64,000 nucleotides of DNA from Candidatus Zambryskibacteria bacterium RIFCSPLOWO2_02_FULL_51_21 (GTDB lineage Bacteria; Patescibacteriota; Minisyncoccia; Phycocordibacterales; Zambryskibacteraceae), in contig MHWQ01000002.1 of assembly GCA_001824255.1 (NCBI GenBank), positions 393,572 to 457,571 on the forward strand. The letters run 5' to 3'. Within the stretch, counting starts at the first letter, position 1. Each line of letters opens with the position of its first letter. The position numbers and the translations under genes were made by a program. Shown piece after piece: positions 30,454 to 39,213 of the stretch. The notes under the pieces are model-generated. The model worked only from the letters and a program-made list of their open reading frames with translations, had not been told where the DNA came from and did not search any database.

Positions 30454-30927
30454 TTAAAAGCCCAAATACTCTAGCACCTTCTCGACGAAGGGCAAAGGAT
30501 GGAATTCTTCTTTCAGAAATTTGGCGAGCGACTGGTCGAGCTGCTCAGCGTCGGCGTTTTTTCCGATTGGCACGATAATGAGCGGCATGAAGAGCTTCTT
30601 AGATTTCAAAATTATTTTTGGGTGTGGGTGTTCAGTATCGAGCCAGTAGGAATCAAGCGTTTCGTACGGATAGCGGACGTGGCCGCGGGTAACTCCCTTT
30701 TCATCTACCGAAGCGTGGATAATTTCCGGCAGTCTGTTGATGAAGAGAGCCAGTGCGAAGACAGCCGTGAGGACCAGAATCGCAAAGATAATATTGCCGA
30801 GGATTACGGCGGTGACGGCGACAGCCAAAGTGACGATGCCCACCGCCCAGAACCAGTCCTGGCTCCGCTCCTTATGCTCGTACTCGCGAGCTTCCCACTC
30901 GATTTTGAAAGTTTCCGGCTTTTTCAC
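30454..30927 (-). CDS. Membrane protein, two TM helices plus a small beta domain
   Basis: W.A.EY...ERS.DW motif; GTG start 7 nt after TGgTAAAAT. Confidence 0.7.
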   Translation of the reverse strand: MKKPETFKIEWEAREYEHKERSQDWFWAVGIVTLAVAVTAVILGNIIFAILVLTAVFALALFINRLPEIIHASVDEKGVTRGHVRYPYETLDSYWLDTEHPHPKIILKSKKLFMPLIIVPIGKNADAEQLDQSLAKFLKEEFHPLPFVEKVLEYLGF

Positions 30928-30932
30928 TGAAA

Positions 30933-31256
30933 TTATTTTACCACGCTTCCGGGCGTCACTTCGCGCGAGGGGTGGAGAAATACCGGCGCCCCATCATCCG
31001 CGCAGAGCATCATACCCTGGCTCTCCATACCCATAATCATTCTGGGTTCAAGATTGGTTATGAAGGGCGCCATTTTCCCCACAAGCGATTCGGGTTCTGG
31101 CACGGCCTTGGCGATGCCCGAGAGAATCTGTCTCGGCTCAGCTTCGCCTAGGTCCACCATAAGCTTAAGAAGTTTTTCCGAACCCGCCACTCTCTCGGCA
31201 GAAATAATCTTGCCCATCCTTATATCGCACTTCAGGAAATCCTCGATGCTTATCAT
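30933..31256 (-). CDS. Stand-alone tRNA-binding OB domain (MetRS C-terminal/Trbp111-like)
   Basis: DF.K.DIR.G.I, KLLKL.VDLG, RQILSGI, NLEPR.IMG.ESQGM. Confidence 0.9.
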   Translation of the reverse strand: MISIEDFLKCDIRMGKIISAERVAGSEKLLKLMVDLGEAEPRQILSGIAKAVPEPESLVGKMAPFITNLEPRMIMGMESQGMMLCADDGAPVFLHPSREVTPGSVVK

Positions 31257-31264
31257 GGATTTAA

Positions 31265-32350
31265 CTATTTGAATTTGAGGAGATAAATCCTGCCGCCGCC
31301 GTCAGTCTGGTCCGTTATAGCATAGGTAATCAGACTCTTGCCGTCCGCAGACCAGCTTGCGTCAGCGGGCCCGAAGGATTTCGCTCCCAGATAATATGAC
31401 CTGGCGCGGGTGTGGAAATCCGTAACCCGCCTCTTATTCTGGCCGTCGATATCCATTACCCAGAGGTCGTTGTGCATAAGTCTGTTACCGGTGCTGGAAG
31501 ACCAAATGAGCTTGCTGCCATTTGGAGAAAGCTGGGCGTGTTCATCCCAATCCTTCGGCGTGCTCGTCAGATTCGTTGTCTTTCCGGTGGCGATATCCAT
31601 GAGGTAGATATCAAGCCCAGTGACTGTTTGGCCATCTGAATTTGAGGAAAATATCAGCTTGCGGTCGTCTTTGGTAAACCCGTGGGTCTCATAAAACTTT
31701 GGACTGCTGCCGGGCTTAAAGCTCTTGATGTTGCTGAGTTTCGGAGTTCCGCTCTGAACCGAGAAGTCCGCCAAGGTGAGCTGCCAGAATCCGAACGTCT
31801 CCCCGGTTTTCAACATTTGCGCCCATGTAATTTTACTGCCGTCATGCGAGAAGTGAGGATGGAGAACGCCGTAGGTGCGCTGGCTTGTCAGATCGAGTAA
31901 CCTCCAGAAAGCGCTTCCGCTGGAATCAGTCACCCACAAATCATTGTTGTATCCCTTGCCTGGGGTCGCGTAGTCCGCTTGTCGGGAGCTTGCCTGGGCT
32001 TGGAACACGATGTAGTTGCCGTTCGGATGCCAGGCGGGGTTGCCCGCGTGGCGTTGCTTAAATTCCGGGCGGGAGCAAGTCAGACAGCGGGCGCTGCCGA
32101 GACTGCTGACATTGTCTGCGACGTAAACATCGTAATACCCGTCGCTGCCGCGCTTGTCGAAAGCAATTTTGCCGGTCCTTTCGCTCCAGTCCAGCCGCCC
32201 GCCGTTTTCCGAAAGCAGCGTATATTCCAATTGTTCCTGTGGAGTATCGGGCAGGCCTATCGGGGACTTATCCCTGTTTCTGGCCGTGCGCAAGAGTAAA
32301 AGAACCGCCAATATAATTAAAACGTAAATGATGGCTCTGTTTCTTCTCAT
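31265..32350 (-). CDS. TolB-like (PD40) beta-propeller with N-terminal anchor
   Basis: Repeated P.W/FS.DG units (PAWHPNG, PHFSHDG, AQLSPNG, ASWSADG). Confidence 0.85.
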   Translation of the reverse strand: MRRNRAIIYVLIILAVLLLLRTARNRDKSPIGLPDTPQEQLEYTLLSENGGRLDWSERTGKIAFDKRGSDGYYDVYVADNVSSLGSARCLTCSRPEFKQRHAGNPAWHPNGNYIVFQAQASSRQADYATPGKGYNNDLWVTDSSGSAFWRLLDLTSQRTYGVLHPHFSHDGSKITWAQMLKTGETFGFWQLTLADFSVQSGTPKLSNIKSFKPGSSPKFYETHGFTKDDRKLIFSSNSDGQTVTGLDIYLMDIATGKTTNLTSTPKDWDEHAQLSPNGSKLIWSSSTGNRLMHNDLWVMDIDGQNKRRVTDFHTRARSYYLGAKSFGPADASWSADGKSLITYAITDQTDGGGRIYLLKFK

Positions 32351-32454
32351 ATATTGTTGGTTAATTTTATTTAACTCTCGGTAAGAACTAATTAAATATT
32401 AACAAAAATAAGGCTTTTGTCGCCTAATTATACAATAAACCCACAACCATATAA

Positions 32455-33777
32455 CTATTTCGAGATTAGAGTCTGGTATTTTCTGCCAGTCTCAGTAATT
32501 TTTCCTTGTTTTGCGGCCGTGCTCCCTGCCGAAATCATGTTCCCCATCATCTTTGTCCCAGAAATATTTTTGACCTCATTATAATCAAAGTATCCGAAGA
32601 AGAAATTGGACCAAAACGGCGAGACATACTCAAAGTTCCTGCTCTCTCCCAGCAGATAGAGAGTCTCCATAAATTTGGCGTCCAAAGGCTGCCAAAAACT
32701 GTAGGAATCTTTGGCAAACGTGCCGGCTGAAGCCGCCATATTTCCCGTCCTTTCTCCAATTTGCCATTTATAAAGCCATGCTTCATGGACAGCCAGTCGC
32801 TTGCCGTATTTTTTGGCAATATCATCTATGGTCAAAATCCGGTTAAGCAAATCTCCGTCTACTGGGTATATATGGATGTTTAAAAAATCCAGATTTGGAA
32901 GCTGGGTATATCGCTGGGCCCAATTCTGGTAATCTGCCTGCCAATTGCCGAAACCGGCGCCATACTTGATGTTGTCTAATCCTAATTTATCCAATTCCGA
33001 CAAGATGTATTTGACTTCATCAACTGCAGTTTCGATGTTACCAACAGGGAGACTCAGATTGCGCGCCGCGGTTTCGGGCTCATTTGCAACCGTCAGGTAG
33101 GCAGGCCGTAATTCCAAAGCTACAGTTTTGTTCATCTGAGCGGCACGCTGCTTATACGTCTCCACGGTTAAGGTGTCGTAATATTTTTTTACAGGAAGGG
33201 GAGAGAAGTCGGGGAAAATGGGTTGGATTTCAATAGTTACCGACAAGCCCCTGTTTTTTATTTCACCGACAAGTTTTTTATAAAACTCCAAGTACTGGGC
33301 ACTTTTTTCCGGTCCGCGGAAATCGGGATCTAATAAAGGGAAATTTATGTCAATCGTAATCGCTCTGACTCCTAGCTGCTGAAGTCTGTCAACGTAAGTG
33401 ATTGCTGAATTGTAGGTTTCAGCTGAGAGAAGAGTGTCGCCGAGATTTGGATTGGTTGGAGCCAAGGTCGCACTAAATATCACTGAAGATTTATTGCCGC
33501 TCCATTCGCTGCTAAGTTTTCGGTTGAAACTAGTAAGCTTGCCGTCTATCTTGTCATAAAGCGCCTTGTATTCTGGCGGGACATCGCCCACGGCCGTAGT
33601 GGTGGTTAAGCTAGATGGGGTCTTATCTCTATTGAATAATTGCTGGAGAAAATTCTGCTGGCTATCCCTTCGAGCAATTCGAACAACCGCCAAAACGGCT
33701 ATTACCATAAAGGCTATTAGAAGAATTCGTCCTTTTTTTCTTGGTCTATTCAATGTAACCGTTTTCCTTCCTGCCAA
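32455..33777 (-). CDS. Membrane-anchored glycoside hydrolase-like TIM barrel (clan GH-A-like)
   Basis: VANEP acid/base motif, IHIYP, AVHE nucleophile position; N-terminal TM. Confidence 0.65.
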   Translation of the reverse strand: MAGRKTVTLNRPRKKGRILLIAFMVIAVLAVVRIARRDSQQNFLQQLFNRDKTPSSLTTTTAVGDVPPEYKALYDKIDGKLTSFNRKLSSEWSGNKSSVIFSATLAPTNPNLGDTLLSAETYNSAITYVDRLQQLGVRAITIDINFPLLDPDFRGPEKSAQYLEFYKKLVGEIKNRGLSVTIEIQPIFPDFSPLPVKKYYDTLTVETYKQRAAQMNKTVALELRPAYLTVANEPETAARNLSLPVGNIETAVDEVKYILSELDKLGLDNIKYGAGFGNWQADYQNWAQRYTQLPNLDFLNIHIYPVDGDLLNRILTIDDIAKKYGKRLAVHEAWLYKWQIGERTGNMAASAGTFAKDSYSFWQPLDAKFMETLYLLGESRNFEYVSPFWSNFFFGYFDYNEVKNISGTKMMGNMISAGSTAAKQGKITETGRKYQTLISK

Positions 33778-33958
33778 AAAGCAGGTAGATTACCACGCCC
33801 AGAAAAGGAAATATCAGACAAATAAGCACCCAAAGGATTTTCATCCCGGCAGTTTTCCTGCTACGCAAGATGTCCACCAAAGCCCAAATGAATAAAATGA
33901 GACCCAAGACACCGACCAGTACCTTAATCCAGGCGACTGCGAAAATGGCTTTAATCAT
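33746..33958 (-). CDS. PLDc_N-domain small membrane protein
   Basis: WALVDIL...KILW...FPFLG.VIYLLFGR. Confidence 0.85.
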   Translation of the reverse strand: MIKAIFAVAWIKVLVGVLGLILFIWALVDILRSRKTAGMKILWVLICLIFPFLGVVIYLLFGRKENGYIE

Positions 33959-34084
33959 ATTTTTTATTAATGTCGTTTAGATTTTCCAAACACCATATAT
34001 TATCCCATACTTTTTAGGGGAGTGCGACAGGTTCTCTTGGCGGGGACGATGCCCGGAACTTTGAACTCAAAGCACGGCTCAAAC

Positions 34085-34105
34085 CCTGCCTTGCCGGCAG
34101 GCAGG
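34085..34105. repeat. Palindromic repeat, intergenic copy (CCTGCC[T]TGCCGGCAGGCAGG)
   Basis: Matches the copies at 48960 and 50721 with one extra T. Confidence 0.8.
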
Positions 34106-34219
34106 TCGAGGATCTTGATAAAAGTATACAGAAACTACGAGCTATCTACAAAGTTCATCCTGAGTGGTTTGAGACGCCAAAACCAAAATCTGATAAGGGG
34201 AAAAATGAACTGACCTATA

Positions 34220-34804
34220 CTATTTCTTAAAAAACTTCTCCTTGACTTCAGCAACACTCATTATCTTTAATTTACCACTCAACTTATTATCTTGGATAAT
34301 TCTCTTTCCTTCTTTCGACAAAAGTTCGTCGTGTGTAATCAAAACTTGGCAATAGCTCGCTCGCGATCCGAGCATTGCCGAAGCTAAATGAATGGCATCC
34401 GGAGCAGAAAGATTTGAGTTAAATGAAATAGCTTGTGCTAATTGCCAATCATCACTGTTTTTCAAAAAGTCATACAGGTCTATATTTTTGTAATCTTGCT
34501 TAAATTCATTAAACCATTCATATACCTTTTCAAAATCTCCACGCCTTAAATCTTTTTTGTCTGTTGCGCGTATTATTTTTCGCATTTCCCATTTTTTCTC
34601 AATCGCTTTATCTATAACAAACAAACTGTCTTTCTTGTAGTCTGCCATTTCCATCGCCAGAAAGGACGAGCTGACACACTTCCACCCCTTATCTTTTAAT
34701 TTACCGAGAACCAAAACTGTCTGGCGGTTACGCCCAGTAAGATAATCCAACGCGATGTTGGTATCAATATAAAACGATTTACTTTTTCTTGTCCCTTTTG
34801 GCAT
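34220..34804 (-). CDS. PIN-domain (VapC-like) nuclease
   Basis: YIDTN, LSAPDAIHLASA, LITHD acidic active-site pattern. Confidence 0.85.
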   Translation of the reverse strand: MPKGTRKSKSFYIDTNIALDYLTGRNRQTVLVLGKLKDKGWKCVSSSFLAMEMADYKKDSLFVIDKAIEKKWEMRKIIRATDKKDLRRGDFEKVYEWFNEFKQDYKNIDLYDFLKNSDDWQLAQAISFNSNLSAPDAIHLASAMLGSRASYCQVLITHDELLSKEGKRIIQDNKLSGKLKIMSVAEVKEKFFKK

Positions 34805-34952
34805 AAAATTCTACTTTGACTGGCTTGGTTACTTCCTTATGTCCCTTGAAAGAAACTTTTTCGCCATCTTTTGTGTAAAATTCAACCTTAACAGGTTTGG
34901 ATACCGGTTTTTCGGCAGTGAATTCAACTTTTTGTCGGCGTTGCTTAGACAT
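34779..34952 (-). CDS. 57-aa basic protein with internal repeat KPVKVEFY (not in the ORF track)
   Basis: Manual translation MSKQRRQKVEFTAEKPVSKPVKVEFYTKDGEKVSFKGHKEVTKPVKVEFYAKRDKKK; fills the gap between RM and PIN genes. Confidence 0.7.
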   Translation of the reverse strand: MSKQRRQKVEFTAEKPVSKPVKVEFYTKDGEKVSFKGHKEVTKPVKVEFYAKRDKKK

Positions 34953-34968
34953 AGAATTATGAAAAAAT

Positions 34969-37260
34969 TTAGATCAATTCGTTAATTTTTTTGTCTTGAT
35001 CTTCGGCTATCTTAGCTACTGCTTGTAAGTGTTTTTCTTTCTCCGATTCCTTTGCGTCCAACTCTTTTATAATCTTCTTCTGAATTTCAACCGATGGCAA
35101 AGGAATTTCAACTATGCGCATTATATCTTTATTTAATGTTTTTCCTTTTGTTGCCCTTTGACTATATGTAGAGTAATCCAATCTGGGCAACAGGTAGTAA
35201 AGATATTTTGTAAGAACTCGGTTATCTTTCGGAACAATGCCTGCTATTGCTTCATTTGTGTAGAGTTCCTTCGCGGTTATAGCCACCTTGCCAATTGTAA
35301 GCTTAAAACTGAAGAGGAGAGTATCTATTGGCAATAATTTAACATTGGATTCTTTTACTCCCTTGTCGGTAATTTTTTCTTCAGTATTAGAAATATACAT
35401 TTGACGATTCATATCCCTGATTTTTACCCACAAATTTTTGCCACCATACAAACTCAAGTCTTTACGAGAGGGAGTCCCACCAATAACGATATCGCAAACC
35501 TCACCTAATTTAACAAAGTCAGTTGTTTTCTTGCCTTGCTTTCGATATTTATCCATCGAAAGTTTATACTTCTCCGCTACAATTTTTTTGAAATCAACCG
35601 AAAATGAATGGTTGGAATTTTCTTTGTCCTTCCAAATTTGCCTTAGCAAAATTAAATCATTTGCCTCAATCGGCGATCTTCCTAATTTGCTTCCTGTTTT
35701 TTTAAAGCCGTCTTCTTGAACATCAAAAAACCAAACATTTTGAGTTTGCCTGCCTTTTTCAAAAATAAGAATGCTTGTCGGTTGTCCGGTATAGGGCTTA
35801 AAGACGAATTCGTGCAACTTAATAACCGCGACAACATTACAGGTTTCTAAGAGGATTTTTCTTATTTTGATATACTCTGAATTTTCATCGAACAACAGAC
35901 CCTCTGGAACAACAACACCGGCAATTCCACCATTATCTAAAGAATCAATAATGTGCTTCAAGAAAACGGGATTTGCGTCCTCGCTGTTAAATCCATAAAA
36001 TGCGCTATAGTCTGTTGTTTGAGAAAAGGGGAAATTTGTTAAAACAACATTGTAATCACCTTTAACTGGATTTTTTAAACTATCCATTTGCTTAATGTTG
36101 TTGTGCCCATCGCCAATGATAATCATATTCATTTTGGCGATTTTGGCTGTGCCAGAGATCTCTCTGCCATATACCGTTTTCTCTTTCAAAATTTGTAGGT
36201 TTTCCTTAGTTTGTTTGCATTTATTCTTGATATGTCTAAATGCTTCAATCAAAAATCCTCCTGTGCCACAAGCAGGATCGTAAATCTTATCTCCAAATTT
36301 TGGATCAACTAGATCAACAATCAACTTAACAATATGTCGTGGCGTGAAGTATTCTCCCAAGTCAGTCCCAACGCTAACCGAATTTTTGAGAAAGTATTCA
36401 AATGCATCACCCTTTATATCAGAGTCAGCATCTAATAATTTCAGGGAAGAAAGCTTATCAACTATTTTCTTTAAGTTCTCGGGGCTTTTTATTAATAAAT
36501 TTTGCTGAAAAACATCTCCGCTGTGGTTATACTTATTAACTAACCTAGGCAAAATAATATTGTTAACATATTCGAGCATTCGATCTGGATCGAGCTTATA
36601 GAAACTTTCCCAACAATACTTTTTTTCAAGTATTCTCTGCTCGCCACTATTTTCTCTATCCTCTTCAATTTCACTAATGAGTTTTAAGAATAAGAGATTA
36701 GAAAATTCAGCAAATCTTTCTATTCCTTCCCTAATGCCTTCTTTACGAAGCAAATCATTTGCCTCAGAGAATATTTTTATAAGCTCTCTCTTGGTGTAAG
36801 TTATTTTTTCCGGAGAATACAATTGAGAGCCATGCTCTAAAAATTTAAGTAATTGTTTTTCCGAAATAAATTCCGTGATGATCTGGTCGTCTAACTTTAA
36901 ATTGCTTTTACTTCGAACATCGTGCGATTCAACAATTGAACCGTCAGTAACAAAAATGATATCCAAACCCAAAGGTTCGGCATAGAGATTAATCGCTTGA
37001 TTCAAGGCCTGCCTAAGGCTTTGCCCACTTCTCTTAGCTTCAATTATTCCTATTGGGTCGTCAGTTCCAGATTTATAAAGAACATAGTCTGGATTCTTGC
37101 CTTTAAATTTTTTATTCTGTTCTGTGGTTTTTGCTCTCTCTGTAAACACATTGCAGTCAGGTGAAGTTTCGTCCGTGTTCCAACCCAAATTAGCAAGAAT
37201 CAAATCAATCTTCTTTCTTGTTGCACTCTCTAATGTTTTGGTAAAAATTGGTGTAGACAT
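34969..37260 (-). CDS. Single-chain restriction-modification enzyme: PD-(D/E)XK nuclease + N6-adenine methyltransferase + one target-recognition domain (type IIG/IIB-like)
   Basis: PDYVL...IIEAK; GEYFTPRHIV; DPACGTGGFL; NFPF; HsdS-like GGTPSR...LFSFKLTIGK...IPLPS..Q. Confidence 0.88.
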   Translation of the reverse strand: MSTPIFTKTLESATRKKIDLILANLGWNTDETSPDCNVFTERAKTTEQNKKFKGKNPDYVLYKSGTDDPIGIIEAKRSGQSLRQALNQAINLYAEPLGLDIIFVTDGSIVESHDVRSKSNLKLDDQIITEFISEKQLLKFLEHGSQLYSPEKITYTKRELIKIFSEANDLLRKEGIREGIERFAEFSNLLFLKLISEIEEDRENSGEQRILEKKYCWESFYKLDPDRMLEYVNNIILPRLVNKYNHSGDVFQQNLLIKSPENLKKIVDKLSSLKLLDADSDIKGDAFEYFLKNSVSVGTDLGEYFTPRHIVKLIVDLVDPKFGDKIYDPACGTGGFLIEAFRHIKNKCKQTKENLQILKEKTVYGREISGTAKIAKMNMIIIGDGHNNIKQMDSLKNPVKGDYNVVLTNFPFSQTTDYSAFYGFNSEDANPVFLKHIIDSLDNGGIAGVVVPEGLLFDENSEYIKIRKILLETCNVVAVIKLHEFVFKPYTGQPTSILIFEKGRQTQNVWFFDVQEDGFKKTGSKLGRSPIEANDLILLRQIWKDKENSNHSFSVDFKKIVAEKYKLSMDKYRKQGKKTTDFVKLGEVCDIVIGGTPSRKDLSLYGGKNLWVKIRDMNRQMYISNTEEKITDKGVKESNVKLLPIDTLLFSFKLTIGKVAITAKELYTNEAIAGIVPKDNRVLTKYLYYLLPRLDYSTYSQRATKGKTLNKDIMRIVEIPLPSVEIQKKIIKELDAKESEKEKHLQAVAKIAEDQDKKINELI

Positions 37261-37346
37261 ATTACCTCTATTGTATCAACTCAAAAAGGATTTGAAAAGG
37301 TGGTTCGTTTTCAGCCCTGTTTTATTAGGGTTCAAAGTTGCCAATC

Positions 37347-37434
37347 TGGCGGAGAGGGTGAGATTCGAACTCACGATACCTTGCGGTATGACGGTTTTCA
37401 AGACCGTTGCCTTAAACCACTCGGCCACCTCTCC
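37347..37434 (-). tRNA. tRNA-Ser(TGA), CCA encoded
   Basis: GGAGAGG stem, ACGGT-CTTGAAA-ACCGT, long variable arm, GTTCGAATC. Confidence 0.95.
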
Positions 37435-37459
37435 GAAAAGTGATGTTATCACTTTTCGG
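37433..37459. promoter_or_regulatory. 12-bp perfect palindrome centred on the putative extended -10 of tRNA-Ser
   Basis: CCGAAAAGTGAT-GTT-ATCACTTTTCGG. Confidence 0.6.
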
Positions 37460-37468
37460 CAGTCTTAA

Positions 37469-37702
37469 CTATTTCTCCTCCACGACTTCCACTTTGTAAT
37501 TTCGGCTCACCAGGAATAGATAAATGATTTCCAGAATACCCAAGGTGTTAATGATAAGAAGGGCGGCGAACCACCACTTCTGGCGAAGGCCTGCGGCGCG
37601 CCAGAGGGCAAGCCCCTTCCAAGCTATCGTCCATACGATGACGAAGACGATGGCCCAGACCGGGATGCCTACGAGCGCAGCCAATGTATTGATGGATTCC
37701 AT
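37469..37702 (-). CDS. DUF5652-like small membrane protein
   Basis: W...WKG.ALWRAA...QK.WF....NTLGILEIIYL. Confidence 0.8.
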   Translation of the reverse strand: MESINTLAALVGIPVWAIVFVIVWTIAWKGLALWRAAGLRQKWWFAALLIINTLGILEIIYLFLVSRNYKVEVVEEK

Positions 37703-37728
37703 GACTTATATTGTACTATATTTAGACA

Positions 37729-38112
37729 ATGAAAGTAATGGCCATAGACTACGGCGAGAAAAGGGTGGGCATCGCCTCGACCGACGAGTCGGGCGGCTTT
37801 GCTCTGCCTCGGAAGACTTTCCCGAACGACGAGAAGTTGCTCGAAAATATCATTCGTTTCAAGACCGAAGAGGGGATAGACAGGGTGGTTATTGGCGAAT
37901 CGAAGAACTATAAGAGCGAAGCGAATCCGGTTATGGAAAAAATCGAGAAATTCCGCTCTGACCTCAGCAAACTGGGAATAGAAACGATTCTTCACCCGGA
38001 AATCCTTACCACCATGGAAGCGAGGCAGATTCAGGGGCAGACGGACATGACCGACGCTTCCGCCGCGGCGCTAATTCTGAAGAGCTATATAGATTCTATA
38101 AATAATTCCTAG
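37729..38112 (+). CDS. ruvX: YqgF/RuvX family nuclease
   Basis: AIDYGEKRVGIA, E.LTT.EA, DA.AAALIL..Y. Confidence 0.92.
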   Translation: MKVMAIDYGEKRVGIASTDESGGFALPRKTFPNDEKLLENIIRFKTEEGIDRVVIGESKNYKSEANPVMEKIEKFRSDLSKLGIETILHPEILTTMEARQIQGQTDMTDASAAALILKSYIDSINNS

Positions 38113-38131
38113 TGTGATAATATCGAACGAA

Positions 38132-38203
38132 GCCCCTGTAGCTTAATGGATAAAGCAGCGCTCTTCTAAGGCGCTGATGTAGGTTCGATTCCTGCCAGGG
38201 GCA
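38132..38203 (+). tRNA. tRNA-Arg(TCT)
   Basis: GCCCCTG/CAGGGGC, loop CTTCTAA, GGTTCGATTCC. Confidence 0.93.
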
Positions 38204-38222
38204 CAAAATATGTTATATTTTG

Positions 38223-38289
38223 TGCCTGACGGAGCGCGACGGCGCGAGTCAGGGTCGTGCAAGTTTTCAGCAGAAAACTATGCCTGACC
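38223..38289 (+). promoter_or_regulatory. Structured leader (two hairpins with an alternative pairing) upstream of the SDR gene
   Basis: CCTGAC/GTCAGG and AGTTTTC/GAAAACT stems; TGCCTGAC present twice. Confidence 0.4.
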
Positions 38290-38296
38290 ACAGAAA

Positions 38297-39010
38297 ATGA
38301 CACATTCTTTAAAAAACAAAGTCGTCTGGATTACCGGAGGTAAAAGGATAGGGCAGGAGATTGCCAAAGCCCTGTCTGAACTAGGAGTGGATTTGGTAGT
38401 AAGCTACCGCTCTTCACGAGAAGAAGCCGAAAAATTTTCCAATGCTTTTGTACTTCAATGCGATGTTACGGATAGAAAAAGTGTGGAAGAAGCCGTGAAT
38501 AAAATAAAAGAGAAATTCGGCAAGCTTGACATCCTGGTGCTTCTCGCCTCAATATTCAAACCTGTAAAATTTGAGGACATATCCGAGAAAGACTGGGACG
38601 CGAACTTCGCCGCGCATGTGAAGGGCACCTTCTGGCCCATACAGCTTGCCTCCCGCATCATGCCTGCCGGTTCGCACGCGGTGACTGTTGCCGACCGCAC
38701 AGCGCTTGGGAAGATTTACCCCGGCTATCTGCCGTATGTTGTGACCAAGTCGGCGGTGGCGGCTCTTACCCGGGCGCTCGCGGTGGAGCTTGGACCGAAA
38801 GGAGTATTCATAAATTCGATCGCTCCCGGTCCGGTCTTGAAGCCCAACGATATAAGCGAAGAGGAATGGCGGGCTATTCGAAAGGAATCAATCATTAAAT
38901 ATCCGCTTACCGACGATGAGGCGGTACAGGAATTCGTTGATACGGTCTTGCGCTTGTGCTCCGTACGCTCATCTGGCAGCGTTTATCCGCTCGATTTTGG
39001 ACATCTTTGA
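38297..39010 (+). CDS. Short-chain dehydrogenase, pteridine reductase (FolM/PTR1)-like
   Basis: ITGGKRIG (Arg in the Gly motif), Y...K (YVVTK), NSIAPG. Confidence 0.75.
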   Translation: MTHSLKNKVVWITGGKRIGQEIAKALSELGVDLVVSYRSSREEAEKFSNAFVLQCDVTDRKSVEEAVNKIKEKFGKLDILVLLASIFKPVKFEDISEKDWDANFAAHVKGTFWPIQLASRIMPAGSHAVTVADRTALGKIYPGYLPYVVTKSAVAALTRALAVELGPKGVFINSIAPGPVLKPNDISEEEWRAIRKESIIKYPLTDDEAVQEFVDTVLRLCSVRSSGSVYPLDFGHL

Positions 39011-39014
39011 CTTG

Positions 39015-39098
39015 TGGGCACGAGAGGATTTGAACCTCCAAGTCCGTAAGGACATACGCTCCTGAAGCGTACGCGTATACCAATTCCGCCACGTGCCC
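39015..39098 (-). tRNA. tRNA-Leu(CAG)
   Basis: TACGC-TTCAGGA-GCGTA, variable arm, GGTTCAAATCC. Confidence 0.94.
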
Positions 39099-39137
39099 GT
39101 GCCAAGAGAATACATTATATGATAATATCGTGCCAAC

Positions 39138-39213
39138 GCGGGCTTAGCTCAGTTGGTAGAGCGCTTCATTTACACTGAAGATGTCAGGGGTTCGAGTCCC
39201 TTAGCCCGCACCA
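39138..39213 (+). tRNA. tRNA-Val(TAC), CCA encoded
   Basis: CTTCA-TTTACAC-TGAAG, GGTTCGAGTCC, ends ACCA. Confidence 0.95.

Noticed and set aside
33094-33107. CAGGTAGGCAGG resembling the LPAGRQ palindrome
   Set aside because: Half-site only; compatible with chance
34018-34229. Possible att site or recombinase remnant at the island's left side (TGGCGGGGACG vs tRNA end TGGCGGAGAGG; start-less open frame)
   Set aside because: Only 6 contiguous matching bases and no recognisable recombinase motif; cannot be supported
39153-39212. N-terminal extension of the pseudouridine synthase in the ORF track
   Set aside because: It is the tRNA-Val sequence read as codons
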